Shown: positions 16,052 through 27,397, numbered from the stretch's first letter. The stretch is DNA of 64,000 nucleotides from Candidatus Omnitrophota bacterium (GCA_028699255.1 JAQVUX010000008.1:3715-67714), one strand, 5' to 3'. Notes: generated by a model not told the origin, from the letters alone. A program made the numbers and translations.

Positions 16052-16251
16052 ATGAACCTTCTCCGTTGAAACAAGTTTACACCTTAAGCAGGGTGATTTC
16101 AAATCAAAAACGAATACTATTAAGAAAAAAAAATTGATGATCACTCTATATAGGCATCATACCCTGGCATTTTTGTTATTAAGATTCTTTCCTGTCTTTG
16201 CCTGGGGCATAGATATCCACAATCGTAGCGCACCCTTAAGGGTGCGCTACT

Positions 16252-16288
16252 TGCTGAAAATAAATAACCCCTCGAAAATTGAGGGGTT
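16252..16288 (-). terminator. Intrinsic terminator downstream of tRNA-Lys (stem AACCCCTC/GAGGGGTT then U-run on minus strand)
   Basis: Plus 16266-16288 hairpin aacccctcgaaaattgaggggtt; rc of the flanking gaaaataaataa gives a U-rich tail. Confidence 0.5.
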
Positions 16289-16414
16289 TAGATTGTCCCA
16301 CTTCGCTACTACCAGTAAATTGTAATGAAGCTTCGTAGAGACATTCTCCTTCGCCTGAGAAAGCGATATTCCTACGAAGCTTCATTACAATCTAACTGCT
16401 ACAGCGAAGTAGAA

Positions 16415-16490
16415 TGGTGAGCCGCGCAGGACTCGAACCTGCCACAACCACATTAAAAGTGTGGTGCTCTACCTGATGAGCTAGCGGCCC
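16415..16490 (-). tRNA. tRNA-Lys (anticodon TTT)
   Basis: rc reads GGGCCGCTAGCTCA...cTTTTaa...GGTTCGAGTCC...CACCA, 76 nt cloverleaf with encoded CCA. Confidence 0.85.
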
Positions 16491-16642
16491 AGCGATTTTC
16501 TCCGAAAATCGCGCCTCGAAAACGAAATAATTTATTTTAAATTCTCTCTTGAGAATTTAAAATTCTAAAGAGGTTTTCGAGGTAAATAAATATTTTTATA
16601 GAGCGCCGACGAAGTAAATAACAACTCTAAAATCTACTACGC

Positions 16643-17200
16643 TTATCCGTTAATCTCTTTCTCTTTCGTCCCAAGGAGCGTATCGATCTCTTTTATATAC
16701 TTATCGGTAAGCTTCTGTATGTCTTCCTGGCCCTTAAACTTCTCGTCTTCGGTTATAACCTTGTCCTTCTCGGACTTCCTGATATTCTCGATCGCGGCAT
16801 GTCTGGCAGTCCTAACGGAGACGTGACCGTCCTCGGCTATCTTCTTCAAAACCTTGTCGAGTTCCTCACGTCGCTCCTGTGTAAGCGGCGGCATGGTCAG
16901 ACGCAACACTTTACCGTCGTTGGTGGGAGCTATGCCTATATCCGATTTTAATATGGCTTTCTCGATCTCGGCCATCGAATTCTTGTCCCACGGCTGGATC
17001 ACGATAAGCCGCGCGTCGGGAGTTGAAACGGCCGCCAGTTGTTTTAACGGCGTAGACGCGCCATAATAATCAACTCTGACGTTTTCGACTATGGCCGTCG
17101 AGGCCCTACCGGTACGTATCGTCGCGAAATCCCTGTGCGTCGCTTCTACCGTCTTCTTCATCTTAGTTTCCGCGTCATGCAAAATGTCTTTGGCCGTCAT
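16643..17200 (-). CDS. frr: Ribosome recycling factor
   Basis: 185 aa; canonical RRF sequence. Confidence 0.9.
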   Translation of the reverse strand: MTAKDILHDAETKMKKTVEATHRDFATIRTGRASTAIVENVRVDYYGASTPLKQLAAVSTPDARLIVIQPWDKNSMAEIEKAILKSDIGIAPTNDGKVLRLTMPPLTQERREELDKVLKKIAEDGHVSVRTARHAAIENIRKSEKDKVITEDEKFKGQEDIQKLTDKYIKEIDTLLGTKEKEING

Positions 17201-17210
17201 AATATCTCCT

Positions 17211-17951
<741 letters not shown>

Positions 17952-18536
17952 CTACAACTCTTCTCCAACCTGAAATCTCGTGAACCGGCGGACTATTATA
18001 TTCTCGCCGATAGTGCCTATCTTGGAAGCGACCACGTCTTTGACTTTTAAGCTCGGATCTTTTACAAAAGGCTGTTCCATAAGGCATGCGTCCTCAAAGA
18101 ACTTCGCAAGCTTGCCTTCAACTATCTTCTCGGCGGCCTGGGCGGGCTTCCCCATGATCTGCGCCTTTATTATCTCTTTCTCTTTCTCGATGGCGGATTC
18201 CGGCACGTCTTCCTTATTCACATACATCGGATTCGACGCCGCAACCTGCATCGCGAGGCTCCGGACGAATGCCTTGAAATCGTCATTGCGCGCCACAAAA
18301 TCGGATTCGCAATCGACTTCGATCAGCACGCCTATCTTGCCGCCCTGGTGCAGGTAACTCTCGATCCTGCCTTCCTTGGTCTGCCTGCCGACTTTCTTCG
18401 AAGCAAGCGCCACCCCGCGCTTCCTGAGTATCTCTATAGCCTTCTCGATATCGCCGTTGGACTCTTTAAGCGCCTTTTTGCAGTCCACCACTCCGGCGTT
18501 CGTCTTTTCTCTAAGTTTCTTTATAGCATCTATCAC
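17952..18536 (-). CDS. tsf: Elongation factor Ts (short form, 194 aa)
   Basis: N-terminal UBA-like LREKTNAGVVDCKKAL; follows pyrH and rpsB. Confidence 0.85.
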   Translation of the reverse strand: MIDAIKKLREKTNAGVVDCKKALKESNGDIEKAIEILRKRGVALASKKVGRQTKEGRIESYLHQGGKIGVLIEVDCESDFVARNDDFKAFVRSLAMQVAASNPMYVNKEDVPESAIEKEKEIIKAQIMGKPAQAAEKIVEGKLAKFFEDACLMEQPFVKDPSLKVKDVVASKIGTIGENIIVRRFTRFQVGEEL

Positions 18537-18574
18537 CGTAGTACTCCCTTTTATGTTTTGCGTTCCCTCTTTTA

Positions 18575-19483
18575 TTACATTTTACGCTTTTCGATTTTCG
18601 CTTTTCGTTTTATCGGCACATCCTTTGGCATGGCTTCGTCTTCTTTTAACTTCAGGTCGCCGGCAACAAGTTCTTCGACTTTTTCATCGATGACTTTAAT
18701 GCTTTCCCCGGCTTCCTCCGCCGCTTCCTCTTCCGCGTCTTTCTTCGCCTGCGCTACTCCCGCGGCAAACGCCTTGCGAGCCCCGGCAACGCATTCGGAC
18801 ACCATCGAAGTGATGAGCTTTATCGACCGTATGGCATCGTCATTGCCCGGTATTACGTATTTGATAACGTCGGGATCCGAGTTCGTATCGACAAGCGCCA
18901 CGACCGGTATACCGAGTATATTGGCTTCTTTCACCGCGATGTCCTCTTTCTTCGCATCGACTACGAACATCGCTTTCGGAAGTTTATCCATCGACCTGAC
19001 GCCTTCCAGGTTCTTATTCAACTTATACATCTCTTTGTTCAGTTTCGATGCCTCTTTCTTCGAGAGCTTCGCCATGGTGCCGTCTTCTTTTATCCTCTCG
19101 AGCTCCTCAAGGCGCCTTAAACTCTTCTTTATCGTCTGGAAGTTCGTCAGCATACCGCCCAGCCATCTCTGGTTAACGTAGAACATCCCGCACTTGGAGG
19201 CCTCTTCCTTTATAATTTCCTGCGCCTGTTTCTTCGTCCCGACGAACAATATGGACTGCCCTGCCGCGACTACGCCCCTCAAAAACTCACAGGCCTTCTT
19301 TATGGCATCCTCGGTCTTTTCCAGATCGATGATATAAATGCCGTTCTTCTGGCCGAATATGTACTTCTTCATCTTAGGATTCCACCTCTTCGTCTCATGC
19401 CCGAAGTGGACGCCTGCTTCCAGCAAATTCTTCATTACCGTCGATTCCACCATTTTCCTACCATTCCCCTCTTTATAGCTCAA
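18575..19483 (-). CDS. rpsB: 30S ribosomal protein S2 with charged C-terminal extension
   Basis: [10 protein letters not shown]...; 302 aa. Confidence 0.9.
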   Translation of the reverse strand: MSYKEGNGRKMVESTVMKNLLEAGVHFGHETKRWNPKMKKYIFGQKNGIYIIDLEKTEDAIKKACEFLRGVVAAGQSILFVGTKKQAQEIIKEEASKCGMFYVNQRWLGGMLTNFQTIKKSLRRLEELERIKEDGTMAKLSKKEASKLNKEMYKLNKNLEGVRSMDKLPKAMFVVDAKKEDIAVKEANILGIPVVALVDTNSDPDVIKYVIPGNDDAIRSIKLITSMVSECVAGARKAFAAGVAQAKKDAEEEAAEEAGESIKVIDEKVEELVAGDLKLKEDEAMPKDVPIKRKAKIEKRKM

Positions 19484-19574
19484 GATTTTTCAGAGGAAAT
19501 CTTAAGTTTTACCTGCAATTTGATAAGCCCGGGCCTCGCTCTGCCAAGACCTGGGCTCGTATTTTGAGTAGCAT

Positions 19575-19603
19575 ATTATAAACCTTAACCACGGTTTTTG
19601 CAA
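19575..19603 (-). promoter_or_regulatory. Promoter TTGCAA-17-TATAAT for rpsB-tsf-pyrH-frr, with ~85-nt structured leader
   Basis: 19598-19603 ttgcaa; rc of 19575-19580 = TATAAT; GC-rich inverted repeats in the leader. Confidence 0.45.
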
Positions 19604-19607
19604 CAAC

Positions 19608-21431
19608 TTATTTCAGGAGGTTTTCCTTGAACTGCATCTCGTAAAGGCGCTTATAAAGCCCCTCTTTTTGCAGGAGTTCTTCGTGGGAGCCCTTGTCGAT
19701 TATACTTCCCCCGTCAATTACGTAGATAGTGGAGGCGTGTTTTATGGTGCTCAGGCGGTGCGCTATGACAAACACCGTCCTTCCTTTCATCATCCTGTCT
19801 ATGGCTTCCTGCACGAGCATCTCGGATTCGGTATCGAGCTGGGAGGTGGCCTCGTCCAGTATAAGTATTGGCGGATCTTTAAATACGGCCCGGGCTATGG
19901 CTAAGCGCTGTTTTTCGCCGCCGGATAGACGGAAGCCGCGCTCACCCACTATCGTATCGTACCCTTGCGGCATCTTCATTATAAAATCGTGGGCATTGGC
20001 CACACGCGCCGCTTTTATCACAGCGTCCTTCGTATGGATACCTGATCCGTAGGATATGTTCGCGGCAACGGTATCGTTAAAGAGTATCGTCTCCTGAGTA
20101 ACTATGCCTATCTGCTCCATGAGCGACTTTAACGTGCAGTCGCGTATATCCACACCGTCGATCGTAACGCGCCCGGCGGTCACGTCATAAAATCTCGGTA
20201 CGAGATTGACAAGCGTGGTCTTACCTGTCCCGCTTGGCCCTACAAAAGCCGCGACATCTCCTATCCGTACATCAATATTTATATCTTTAAGAACATCTCT
20301 TTCTTCATATTTAAAATAAACATTTTCAAATCGAACGCCCTTCTTTATCACGGGCAATATCATAGCTCCCGGTTTCTCCACCACCGACGAAGGGGTATCG
20401 AGCGTTTCAAATATCCTCTCGGCCGCGGCCATCGCCTGCTGATTTATGGTATAAACGTTGGTGAGCCGTTTTATAGGCTTCATGAGGGAAAGGATGCTCG
20501 CTAAAAACGCCATAAAAGCGCCCGCAGAAAGCGCGCCCGAAATTATCTCTTTAGCGGCTATCCACAATATTATCGCTACACAGGCAATACCTACAAATTC
20601 GGTAATGGGGCTGATCACCGTCATTCTTTTAGTCTGCTTCATCGTAAGTTTATAAAGATCCTGATTCTGCGCGGAGAATTTTCGCGCTTCATAATCCTCC
20701 ATCGAAAAAGCCTTAACGACGCGTATGCCGGATATCGTCTCATGCAGTGTCGTCGTCATATCGCCCACCTTCTCCTGCGATTTCCTCGATATCGACTTCA
20801 GGCGGCGGCCTATTCTCGCGATCGGGTATACAATAAGGAGGAATAAAAATACGCTGATGCCTATAAGCATCCAGGAGATCGAAAAATATATCTTAACGAA
20901 AAGTAAAAGCCCTGTGTACACCAATAACTGGACCGGCTGGTAGATAAGATCGGTTAGCCCCGTCGATATCGAGTCGCGTATTACAGCCGCGTCATTCGTT
21001 ATCCGCGACATCAGTTTCCCGGTCGCGTTCTTCGAATAAAAATCCATTGATAGTGTAAGAAATTTCTTATATATGATAACCTTTACATCCCTTATTACGC
21101 GCTGGGCAACGTCGTTCATGAGATAGGTCTGGCAAAATTCGAAGAAGCTCTTCAATAGCCACAGCACTATAACTATGAGAATCATATTGTTTAAAAGTTG
21201 CAGTGGGGATAACGAATTCGCGAGATCGACGATGTTTTTTAACGGGCCTGGGAGCGCAATACCTTGCGGGATGATTATCTTCTTACCGGTTATTATATTG
21301 TCGACCAGAGGGATAATCATGCCGATAGATACGCCGCCGAAAGCAGACGATAATATCATGAATAGTCCGGCCAAAGCCAGCACCCATACATGCGGAAGAA
21401 CGAATTTTACCAGTCTTTTATAGTTTTTCAT
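19608..21431 (-). CDS. ABC transporter permease/ATPase fusion (MsbA-like lipid exporter family)
   Basis: 6-TM domain, Walker A GPSGTGKTT, signature LSGGEKQR, Walker B ILILDEATS. Confidence 0.8.
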   Translation of the reverse strand: MKNYKRLVKFVLPHVWVLALAGLFMILSSAFGGVSIGMIIPLVDNIITGKKIIIPQGIALPGPLKNIVDLANSLSPLQLLNNMILIVIVLWLLKSFFEFCQTYLMNDVAQRVIRDVKVIIYKKFLTLSMDFYSKNATGKLMSRITNDAAVIRDSISTGLTDLIYQPVQLLVYTGLLLFVKIYFSISWMLIGISVFLFLLIVYPIARIGRRLKSISRKSQEKVGDMTTTLHETISGIRVVKAFSMEDYEARKFSAQNQDLYKLTMKQTKRMTVISPITEFVGIACVAIILWIAAKEIISGALSAGAFMAFLASILSLMKPIKRLTNVYTINQQAMAAAERIFETLDTPSSVVEKPGAMILPVIKKGVRFENVYFKYEERDVLKDINIDVRIGDVAAFVGPSGTGKTTLVNLVPRFYDVTAGRVTIDGVDIRDCTLKSLMEQIGIVTQETILFNDTVAANISYGSGIHTKDAVIKAARVANAHDFIMKMPQGYDTIVGERGFRLSGGEKQRLAIARAVFKDPPILILDEATSQLDTESEMLVQEAIDRMMKGRTVFVIAHRLSTIKHASTIYVIDGGSIIDKGSHEELLQKEGLYKRLYEMQFKENLLK

Positions 21432-21486
21432 AGGCGATAAAGTGCTATACTAACATAGAAGAAGGCCTTTGTCGAGGCAAAATTTA

Positions 21487-21516
21487 TTGCAAATAATGGC
21501 CTCTTGATGATATAAT
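21487..21516 (+). promoter_or_regulatory. Promoter TTGCAA-18-TATAAT for oxidoreductase-lpxB
   Basis: Read directly; AGGAAA RBS before the ATG at 21541. Confidence 0.4.
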
Positions 21517-21540
21517 TTTAACCTAAACAATAGGAAAACT

Positions 21541-22479
21541 ATGGAAAAGATAAGGGTAGGGGTGGTGGGCGTAGGCCATCTGGGAACGTTCCACGCCAAA
21601 GTTTACTCAAGATTACCCAAGCACGTTAAGCTGGTAGGTGTTTGTGACTGCAATATCGAGCAATCCCTTGAGGTAGGAAAGAAATACCATACGGTAAGCT
21701 ATTCCGACTACGAGGATCTTTTTGACAAGGTCGACGCCGTAAGCATAGCCGTACCGACGAGCCTGCATTATAATGTCGCCAAGGATTTCTTAAACCACAA
21801 TATTCACGTCCTGGTCGAGAAACCCATTACTAAGACGCTTTCCGAGGCAGACGAGCTCATTGATATAGCAAAATCGCGGAATCTTATAATGCAGGTTGGC
21901 CATATCGAACGGTTTAATTCCGCGGTCCTTGCCATAGAGCCATATCTGAAGAAGCCCAAATTCATAGAATGCCAGCGTCTTGGTCCATTCCATAAAAGGG
22001 TCGAGGATGTGGGCGTCGTCCTGGATCTCATGATCCACGACATAGACATAGTGCTGGGGCTTATGAAGCAGGACGTCAAAAGCATAGAAGCGGTGGGATT
22101 AAGCACCATCTCGAACTACGAGGATGTCGCGAACGTACGTCTCACCTTCGAGGATGGCACCATCGCCGACATAACCGCCAGCCGGGTTACGAAAGATGTC
22201 GTCCGGAAGATGCGCATATTCCAGGAAGACTCATACGTTTCGCTCGACTATGTCACGCAGGACGCGGCCGTATTTGAAAAATCGGACGAGAAGATATTAA
22301 AAGAGAAGATCAAAATAAAGAAAAAAGAACCTCTTAAGAAAGAGCTCAAATCGTTCGTCGAATGTGTCCGGACCGGCAGGAAGCCGATCGTCTCCGGCGT
22401 TGAAGGAAGACGCGCGCTTCAGGTGGCGCTGGAGATAATAGATAAAATTAATTCGTCCGCGCATAGAGCCCGTTCATGA
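21541..22479 (+). CDS. Gfo/Idh/MocA family NAD(P)-dependent oxidoreductase (GnnA candidate)
   Basis: IRVGVVGVGHLGTFH Rossmann motif; 4-nt overlap with lpxB. Confidence 0.7.
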   Translation: MEKIRVGVVGVGHLGTFHAKVYSRLPKHVKLVGVCDCNIEQSLEVGKKYHTVSYSDYEDLFDKVDAVSIAVPTSLHYNVAKDFLNHNIHVLVEKPITKTLSEADELIDIAKSRNLIMQVGHIERFNSAVLAIEPYLKKPKFIECQRLGPFHKRVEDVGVVLDLMIHDIDIVLGLMKQDVKSIEAVGLSTISNYEDVANVRLTFEDGTIADITASRVTKDVVRKMRIFQEDSYVSLDYVTQDAAVFEKSDEKILKEKIKIKKKEPLKKELKSFVECVRTGRKPIVSGVEGRRALQVALEIIDKINSSAHRARS

Positions 22480-23612
22480 CCCAAAAGAAGGTCCTCATAG
22501 TCGCCGGCGAACCATCCGGCGATCTTCACGCCTCGAACCTCGTAAAAGATCTGAAAAAACTAAAACCCGATCTGCGATTTTTTGGAATGGGCGGATCGCT
22601 CTTAAAAGATGCCGGTGTCGATACGATATTCGACATATCAAAACTCGCGCTTATAGGCCTGAGCGAGGTATTGAAGAATATATTTACCGTCGGGCAGGTG
22701 TATAAAGGACTGCTAAACGCCATCGAAACCGAAAAACCCGATCTTGCCATACTCGTAGATTACCCCGGGTTCAATCTCCGGCTTGCCAAAGAATTAAAAA
22801 AGAGATCTATACCCGTCGTCTATTATATAAGCCCGCAGGTGTGGGCATGGGGACGCGACAGGATCGGTATAATACAACAGTGTGTTAAAAAAATACTCGT
22901 ATTCTTCAAATTCGAGGAAGAGCTTTATAAAAAATACGGCATAGACGCGGAGTTCGTAGGCCATCCGCTTCTTGATTCGACCGCTGTTTCCAGGGCAAAA
23001 GAGGATACGCTCAAGACCTACGGCCTGTCAAAAAACAACGCCACCATAGCAATCCTTCCCGGTTCGCGCGCCATAGAGATAAAACGGCTTTTGCCGGTAA
23101 TGATGCGCGCGGCATCGCTCATAAAAAATCGCCTGCCAGATACTCAGTTCCTTATAGCCAAATATCACGGACTGCCGCGCGAAATGTATGAAAAGATCGT
23201 AAAGGGCACTGGAATTGATGTAAAGATAGTGGACGGCGATACCTATAATGTCGCCGGGGCCGCGGATCTTGCGATAGTCGCGTCGGGCACAGCGACACTC
23301 GAGACCGCGATAATAGGGACGCCTCTTATTATCGTTTACAAGGTAAACTTTATCACACACATGGCATATAAACTTGTCATTAGAATAAAATTTCTCGGGA
23401 TAGTCAATATCATAGCGGGAAAAGAAGTAGCCCCGGAATTACTGCAGTATAATGCCACCGCGCAGAATATATCAAAAACAGCTATGGCGATATTATCCGA
23501 CCCGGTAAAATTACGGTCTATGCGCGAAGACCTTTCTAATGTGAAAGCTTCTCTCGGCCGGCCCGGCGCAAGTAAACGCGCGGCGCAAGCCATACTTCCC
23601 TTACTACAGTAA
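22476..23612 (+). CDS. lpxB: Lipid-A-disaccharide synthase
   Basis: VLIVAGEPSGDLHASNL N-terminus, 378 aa. Confidence 0.85.
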   Translation: MTQKKVLIVAGEPSGDLHASNLVKDLKKLKPDLRFFGMGGSLLKDAGVDTIFDISKLALIGLSEVLKNIFTVGQVYKGLLNAIETEKPDLAILVDYPGFNLRLAKELKKRSIPVVYYISPQVWAWGRDRIGIIQQCVKKILVFFKFEEELYKKYGIDAEFVGHPLLDSTAVSRAKEDTLKTYGLSKNNATIAILPGSRAIEIKRLLPVMMRAASLIKNRLPDTQFLIAKYHGLPREMYEKIVKGTGIDVKIVDGDTYNVAGAADLAIVASGTATLETAIIGTPLIIVYKVNFITHMAYKLVIRIKFLGIVNIIAGKEVAPELLQYNATAQNISKTAMAILSDPVKLRSMREDLSNVKASLGRPGASKRAAQAILPLLQ

Positions 23613-23624
23613 GATCGATCTGTT

Positions 23625-24428
23625 TTAGATTATAATTATCGAGATATTCTTTTCGTCGGCAAGTTTTATCAGCGCATCTCTGTCCATGAGGAGCGTTTTG
23701 TCGGCTTCGAGGGCAAGGGCCGTGCCGCCGGAATCGGCAAGGGTTTTTACGGTATCGAGCCCGACGAGCGGAACATCGAAGCGCATATCCTGATTGGGCC
23801 TGGCAACCTTCACTACAACGAACCCGCCCTTCATCAGCCTGCCGGAGCGCGCTATCGTTTCATCTGTACCTTCGATCGCTTCCACAGCTATAACCGTCTT
23901 CTCTTTCACGACTATCGTCTGGCCTATATCGAAACCGGAAAGAGATTTAGCGACTTCTTTACCGTAATTTATGTCCGCGAGCTCTCCATCGGATGGGCTA
24001 CGTTTTGTCAGCGTGCCTTTTGCGGGGATAAGCTCTTTCAAGTATGTCGTGGAATCTATAACCTCGACGCCGAATTTAGAAAGGATATTATTTATCTCGT
24101 TCAATACGGCGTAATCCTTTTTATCCTTTAGCTTATCGAGCATCTTCGCCGCAACCGGGTCGAACACTTTTTCATCGTTAAAAAGAATGTCTTTTTTAAT
24201 CTTACCAAGCATTATGATTTTTTTTATCCGCTCGGTAGCCAGGAGCAGTATCGCCTTCTGCAGGCTTCCCCATGGCACCCAATGGAGTTTGTCGACATGC
24301 TTCTCAAGGTCGGGCGATGTTATCCCTTTAAGGCCGAACGCTATCACTGTATCGCCTTTTTCCCTGGCGAGGCGTGAAAATATTATCGGCAGTTTCCCTT
24401 CTCCGGCTACAAGGCCTATACGCGCCAT
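23625..24428 (-). CDS. lpxI: UDP-2,3-diacylglucosamine hydrolase LpxI (DUF1009)
   Basis: RIGLVAGEGKLP, DIGQTIVV, AVEAIEGTDETI, PNQDMRFDVPLVG match LpxI motifs. Confidence 0.75.
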   Translation of the reverse strand: MARIGLVAGEGKLPIIFSRLAREKGDTVIAFGLKGITSPDLEKHVDKLHWVPWGSLQKAILLLATERIKKIIMLGKIKKDILFNDEKVFDPVAAKMLDKLKDKKDYAVLNEINNILSKFGVEVIDSTTYLKELIPAKGTLTKRSPSDGELADINYGKEVAKSLSGFDIGQTIVVKEKTVIAVEAIEGTDETIARSGRLMKGGFVVVKVARPNQDMRFDVPLVGLDTVKTLADSGGTALALEADKTLLMDRDALIKLADEKNISIIII

Positions 24429-24447
24429 TAAACAGCTACTCCTTTAC

Positions 24448-24921
24448 TCACTTGGTGCCGTCGGGATTGATGAACGCGAACATCATGTCCGCTTCGGCCG
24501 CCACTTCATTATCAACTTTGGCCGTGCCGTGGATCTTCATAACGCCCATCTTTACTTTTAATAGATCGACTTCCATCCTTAAGACATCCCCAGGCAGTAC
24601 CGGCTTGCGGAACTTCGCGTTATCTATGGTAAGAAAATATGCCAGCTTTCCTAAATTCGTCTTCAGATTAAGAGCGCCGACACCGCCGACTTGCGCCATC
24701 GCCTCCATTATCAAAACCCCCGGCATTATCGGATGCCCGGGGAAATGGCCCTGGAAAAAAGGTTCGTTTATCGTAACGTTCTTTATGCCTACGACCCTGT
24801 TCTCGCCTATCTCGATAATCCTGTCGACCAGTAAAAACGGATACCTGTGCGGCAGTATTTTTTGGATCGCGTTTATATCTAAAACTTTACCGGCTATATC
24901 GAGCCCTTCTGCGCCCATCAT
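24448..24921 (-). CDS. fabZ: 3-hydroxyacyl-ACP dehydratase
   Basis: [14 protein letters not shown]...FFQGHFP hotdog motifs. Confidence 0.9.
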   Translation of the reverse strand: MMGAEGLDIAGKVLDINAIQKILPHRYPFLLVDRIIEIGENRVVGIKNVTINEPFFQGHFPGHPIMPGVLIMEAMAQVGGVGALNLKTNLGKLAYFLTIDNAKFRKPVLPGDVLRMEVDLLKVKMGVMKIHGTAKVDNEVAAEADMMFAFINPDGTK

Positions 24922-24934
24922 TTATCTCCTATCG

Positions 24935-25795
24935 TTATTTTATTTTTGTCTTAAGTTTCTTCACTAATTCCGCATTCAACCCATGGCCGCTCTTTATCGC
25001 GACCACATGGCCCAAAAAAGGCATACCCAGGACATATAAGTCGCCCATAAGATCCAGTATCTTATGCCGCACCGGCTCGTCGGGAAATCTTAATACCGTC
25101 TTGATCGGCCCCGATTTGCCCATCACCAGCGTATTATCGTAGTTGGCCCCTTTGCCGAGACCGCGCCTCAATAGCTCCTGCGCCTCTTCTTCGAGGCAGA
25201 ATGTCCTGGCAGGGGCTATATTTTTTTCAAAGTTTTTTTCGTTAAGCGTAATACTGTAAAATTGTGTTCCCAGCGCCGGGTTCGCGTATGCCAATGTATA
25301 TGATATCTTAAATTCTTCGGCAGGAAAAACCGCGATAAAGCGGTCGCCGTCTGCACACCATACAGGTTCATCGATCTTCAAAAATTTCCTCGGAAAATCC
25401 TGTTCTATTATGCCCGCATTCTGTATTATCTGCCCGAACTCTTTGGCACTGCCATCGAGACCGGGTAATTCAGCATTGTCGAGTTCTATTACAATATTAT
25501 CTATCGATAATCCTGAGAGGGCGGCAAGAAGATGTTCGGTCGTCTGTATTTGGAGCGGGCCAAATCCCAGTATCGTTCTTCTTTTGCCTGGGTCAAAATC
25601 ACCGGGGTTTATCGAGTTGAGGCTGAGTGTGGGCTTATCCGGGAGGTCGGTTCTTACGAAAATTATGCCGGTGCCGGCAGGGGCGCTCTTCATAGTCAAG
25701 CGCACCTTCGAACCGGTTTGAAGTCCTATACCGTCGATTATAGCCGGAGTTTTGATCGTTCTCTGCTTCGTCATAGCGCGGCTTCCGCTCACCAT
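24935..25795 (-). CDS. lpxC: UDP-3-O-acyl-GlcNAc deacetylase
   Basis: TTEHLLAAL, HKILDLMGDL motifs. Confidence 0.9.
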   Translation of the reverse strand: MVSGSRAMTKQRTIKTPAIIDGIGLQTGSKVRLTMKSAPAGTGIIFVRTDLPDKPTLSLNSINPGDFDPGKRRTILGFGPLQIQTTEHLLAALSGLSIDNIVIELDNAELPGLDGSAKEFGQIIQNAGIIEQDFPRKFLKIDEPVWCADGDRFIAVFPAEEFKISYTLAYANPALGTQFYSITLNEKNFEKNIAPARTFCLEEEAQELLRRGLGKGANYDNTLVMGKSGPIKTVLRFPDEPVRHKILDLMGDLYVLGMPFLGHVVAIKSGHGLNAELVKKLKTKIK

Positions 25796-26826
25796 TACTT
25801 CTGCAATTCTTCTATTTTGGCTTCGAGCCGCCGGACGCGTTCGAATAATTTCGGGAGAAGCCCTAATGCCGCAAATTGTTCGCGCGCTTTATCTGCCGGT
25901 TTCGACGGATAACCGAAGAGCGTGGTATTTGATGGATAAGATTTATGGATGCCCGTTTTGGCGCCCGCGATTACAAAATCCCCGATCTTTACGTGGTCGG
26001 ATACGCCTACCTGCCCGCCGAATATTACGTTCTTTCCGATCTCGGAGCTTCCGGCTATGCCGGACTGAGCCGCAACGACGCAATCCGGTCCTATTATGAC
26101 ATTATGCGCTATCTGCACAAGGTTATCGATCTTTGAGCCATGGCCGATAACGGTCTTATTAAACCTTGCCCTGTCTACCGTGACACAAGCCCCCAGCTCA
26201 ACTTCATCCTCTATTATCACTGTGCCGATCTGTGGTATCTTTGCCTGCGTCCCGTCTCTCTGAACGTCATATCCGAACCCATCGCTTCCCACCACACTGC
26301 CAGGGTGGATAATAACACCGTTACCTATCGTCACTTCCTCGCGTATGGTTACGTTCGGATAAAATATGCAACCTTTGCCTATTTTTGCGTTCTTACCGAT
26401 ATAGCAGAAAGGATATATTATCGTCCCATCTCCGACGGAAGCGCCATCTTCTATAACCACATACGGCCCGACGCCAACATCCTTCCCGATGTTGGCGGTC
26501 TTTGAGATAACGGAGGTAGCGTGTATCCCTTTCGGATGCGGTATCCGCCCGGGCATAACCATCCCTATTATCCTGGAAAATGCTATGGACGGATTATCGA
26601 CCTTTATCAGCGGTTTGTCAAATACTCCGGTGAGGCTCTTAGGCACTACGACACATCCTGCCTTCGTCGCATTTATCAGTTCGCCGCATCTCGGATTGAG
26701 AATAAAAGCCAGATCCCCTGCCCCGGCCTCCCTGACACCATTTATGCCTTTTACAAGAACCTCGCCGTCGCCGACAACTTCTCCGCCGACAAATCTCGCT
26801 ATCTCTTTTACTTTTGCCTGCATCAC
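25795..26826 (-). CDS. lpxD: UDP-3-O-acylglucosamine N-acyltransferase
   Basis: Left-handed beta-helix hexapeptide repeats; 343 aa. Confidence 0.9.
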   Translation of the reverse strand: MMQAKVKEIARFVGGEVVGDGEVLVKGINGVREAGAGDLAFILNPRCGELINATKAGCVVVPKSLTGVFDKPLIKVDNPSIAFSRIIGMVMPGRIPHPKGIHATSVISKTANIGKDVGVGPYVVIEDGASVGDGTIIYPFCYIGKNAKIGKGCIFYPNVTIREEVTIGNGVIIHPGSVVGSDGFGYDVQRDGTQAKIPQIGTVIIEDEVELGACVTVDRARFNKTVIGHGSKIDNLVQIAHNVIIGPDCVVAAQSGIAGSSEIGKNVIFGGQVGVSDHVKIGDFVIAGAKTGIHKSYPSNTTLFGYPSKPADKAREQFAALGLLPKLFERVRRLEAKIEELQK

Positions 26827-26831
26827 TTCCT

Positions 26832-27344
26832 TTATTTCTTATTCAGCTTTTCCAGTATCTGGCTGGTAAGGTCATACTGTTCGGCTCCGTAAAGAAGCAT
26901 ACGTGAGTTGAGCACGAAATCATACCCGGAAGCCTTCGCGTAATCATTTACAACTTTTTCGATATCCTTCATTATGCCGGCGAGAATATCATTGCGCTCT
27001 TTTACAAGTTCATTGCGCGCCTTCATGTCATATTCCTGCAGTGCCTTTATCTTCGTATCGATAACGCCCTGCTTATCGGCTTTCGCTTTTTCGGAGAGTA
27101 GCGCCTGTTCGTCTTTGAGCTTCTTTATCTCTTCGACCAGCTTCATCCTCTCGGCCTCTTTTGCCTTACCTTTCCCCTCGAGTATCTTTTCCGAATCTTT
27201 AGTCTTGCCATATTCGTCAAATACCTTCGCAAGGTCAACATAGGCAAACTTCATCTCCTTAGCGAACGCCTTCTCGCATATCGGGCCCGCAAAAAGTCCC
27301 GCAACAAACAACGCCGCCGTCAATATCACTATACCTTTCTTCAT
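26832..27344 (-). CDS. skp: Periplasmic chaperone Skp (OmpH)
   Basis: Signal peptide plus coiled-coil 170 aa, between lpxD and bamA. Confidence 0.7.
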   Translation of the reverse strand: MKKGIVILTAALFVAGLFAGPICEKAFAKEMKFAYVDLAKVFDEYGKTKDSEKILEGKGKAKEAERMKLVEEIKKLKDEQALLSEKAKADKQGVIDTKIKALQEYDMKARNELVKERNDILAGIMKDIEKVVNDYAKASGYDFVLNSRMLLYGAEQYDLTSQILEKLNKK

Positions 27345-27397
27345 CTTACTCCTCCTTTTTAATTTTTGTTTTCTGTTTCTTCATTATTAAATTCTAC

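Noticed and set aside
16496-16642. Nested inverted repeats between frr and tRNA-Lys considered a riboswitch or ncRNA
   Set aside because: They are AT-rich stems that fit an frr operon terminator or tRNA 5' leader structure. No conserved riboswitch core motifs were recognised.
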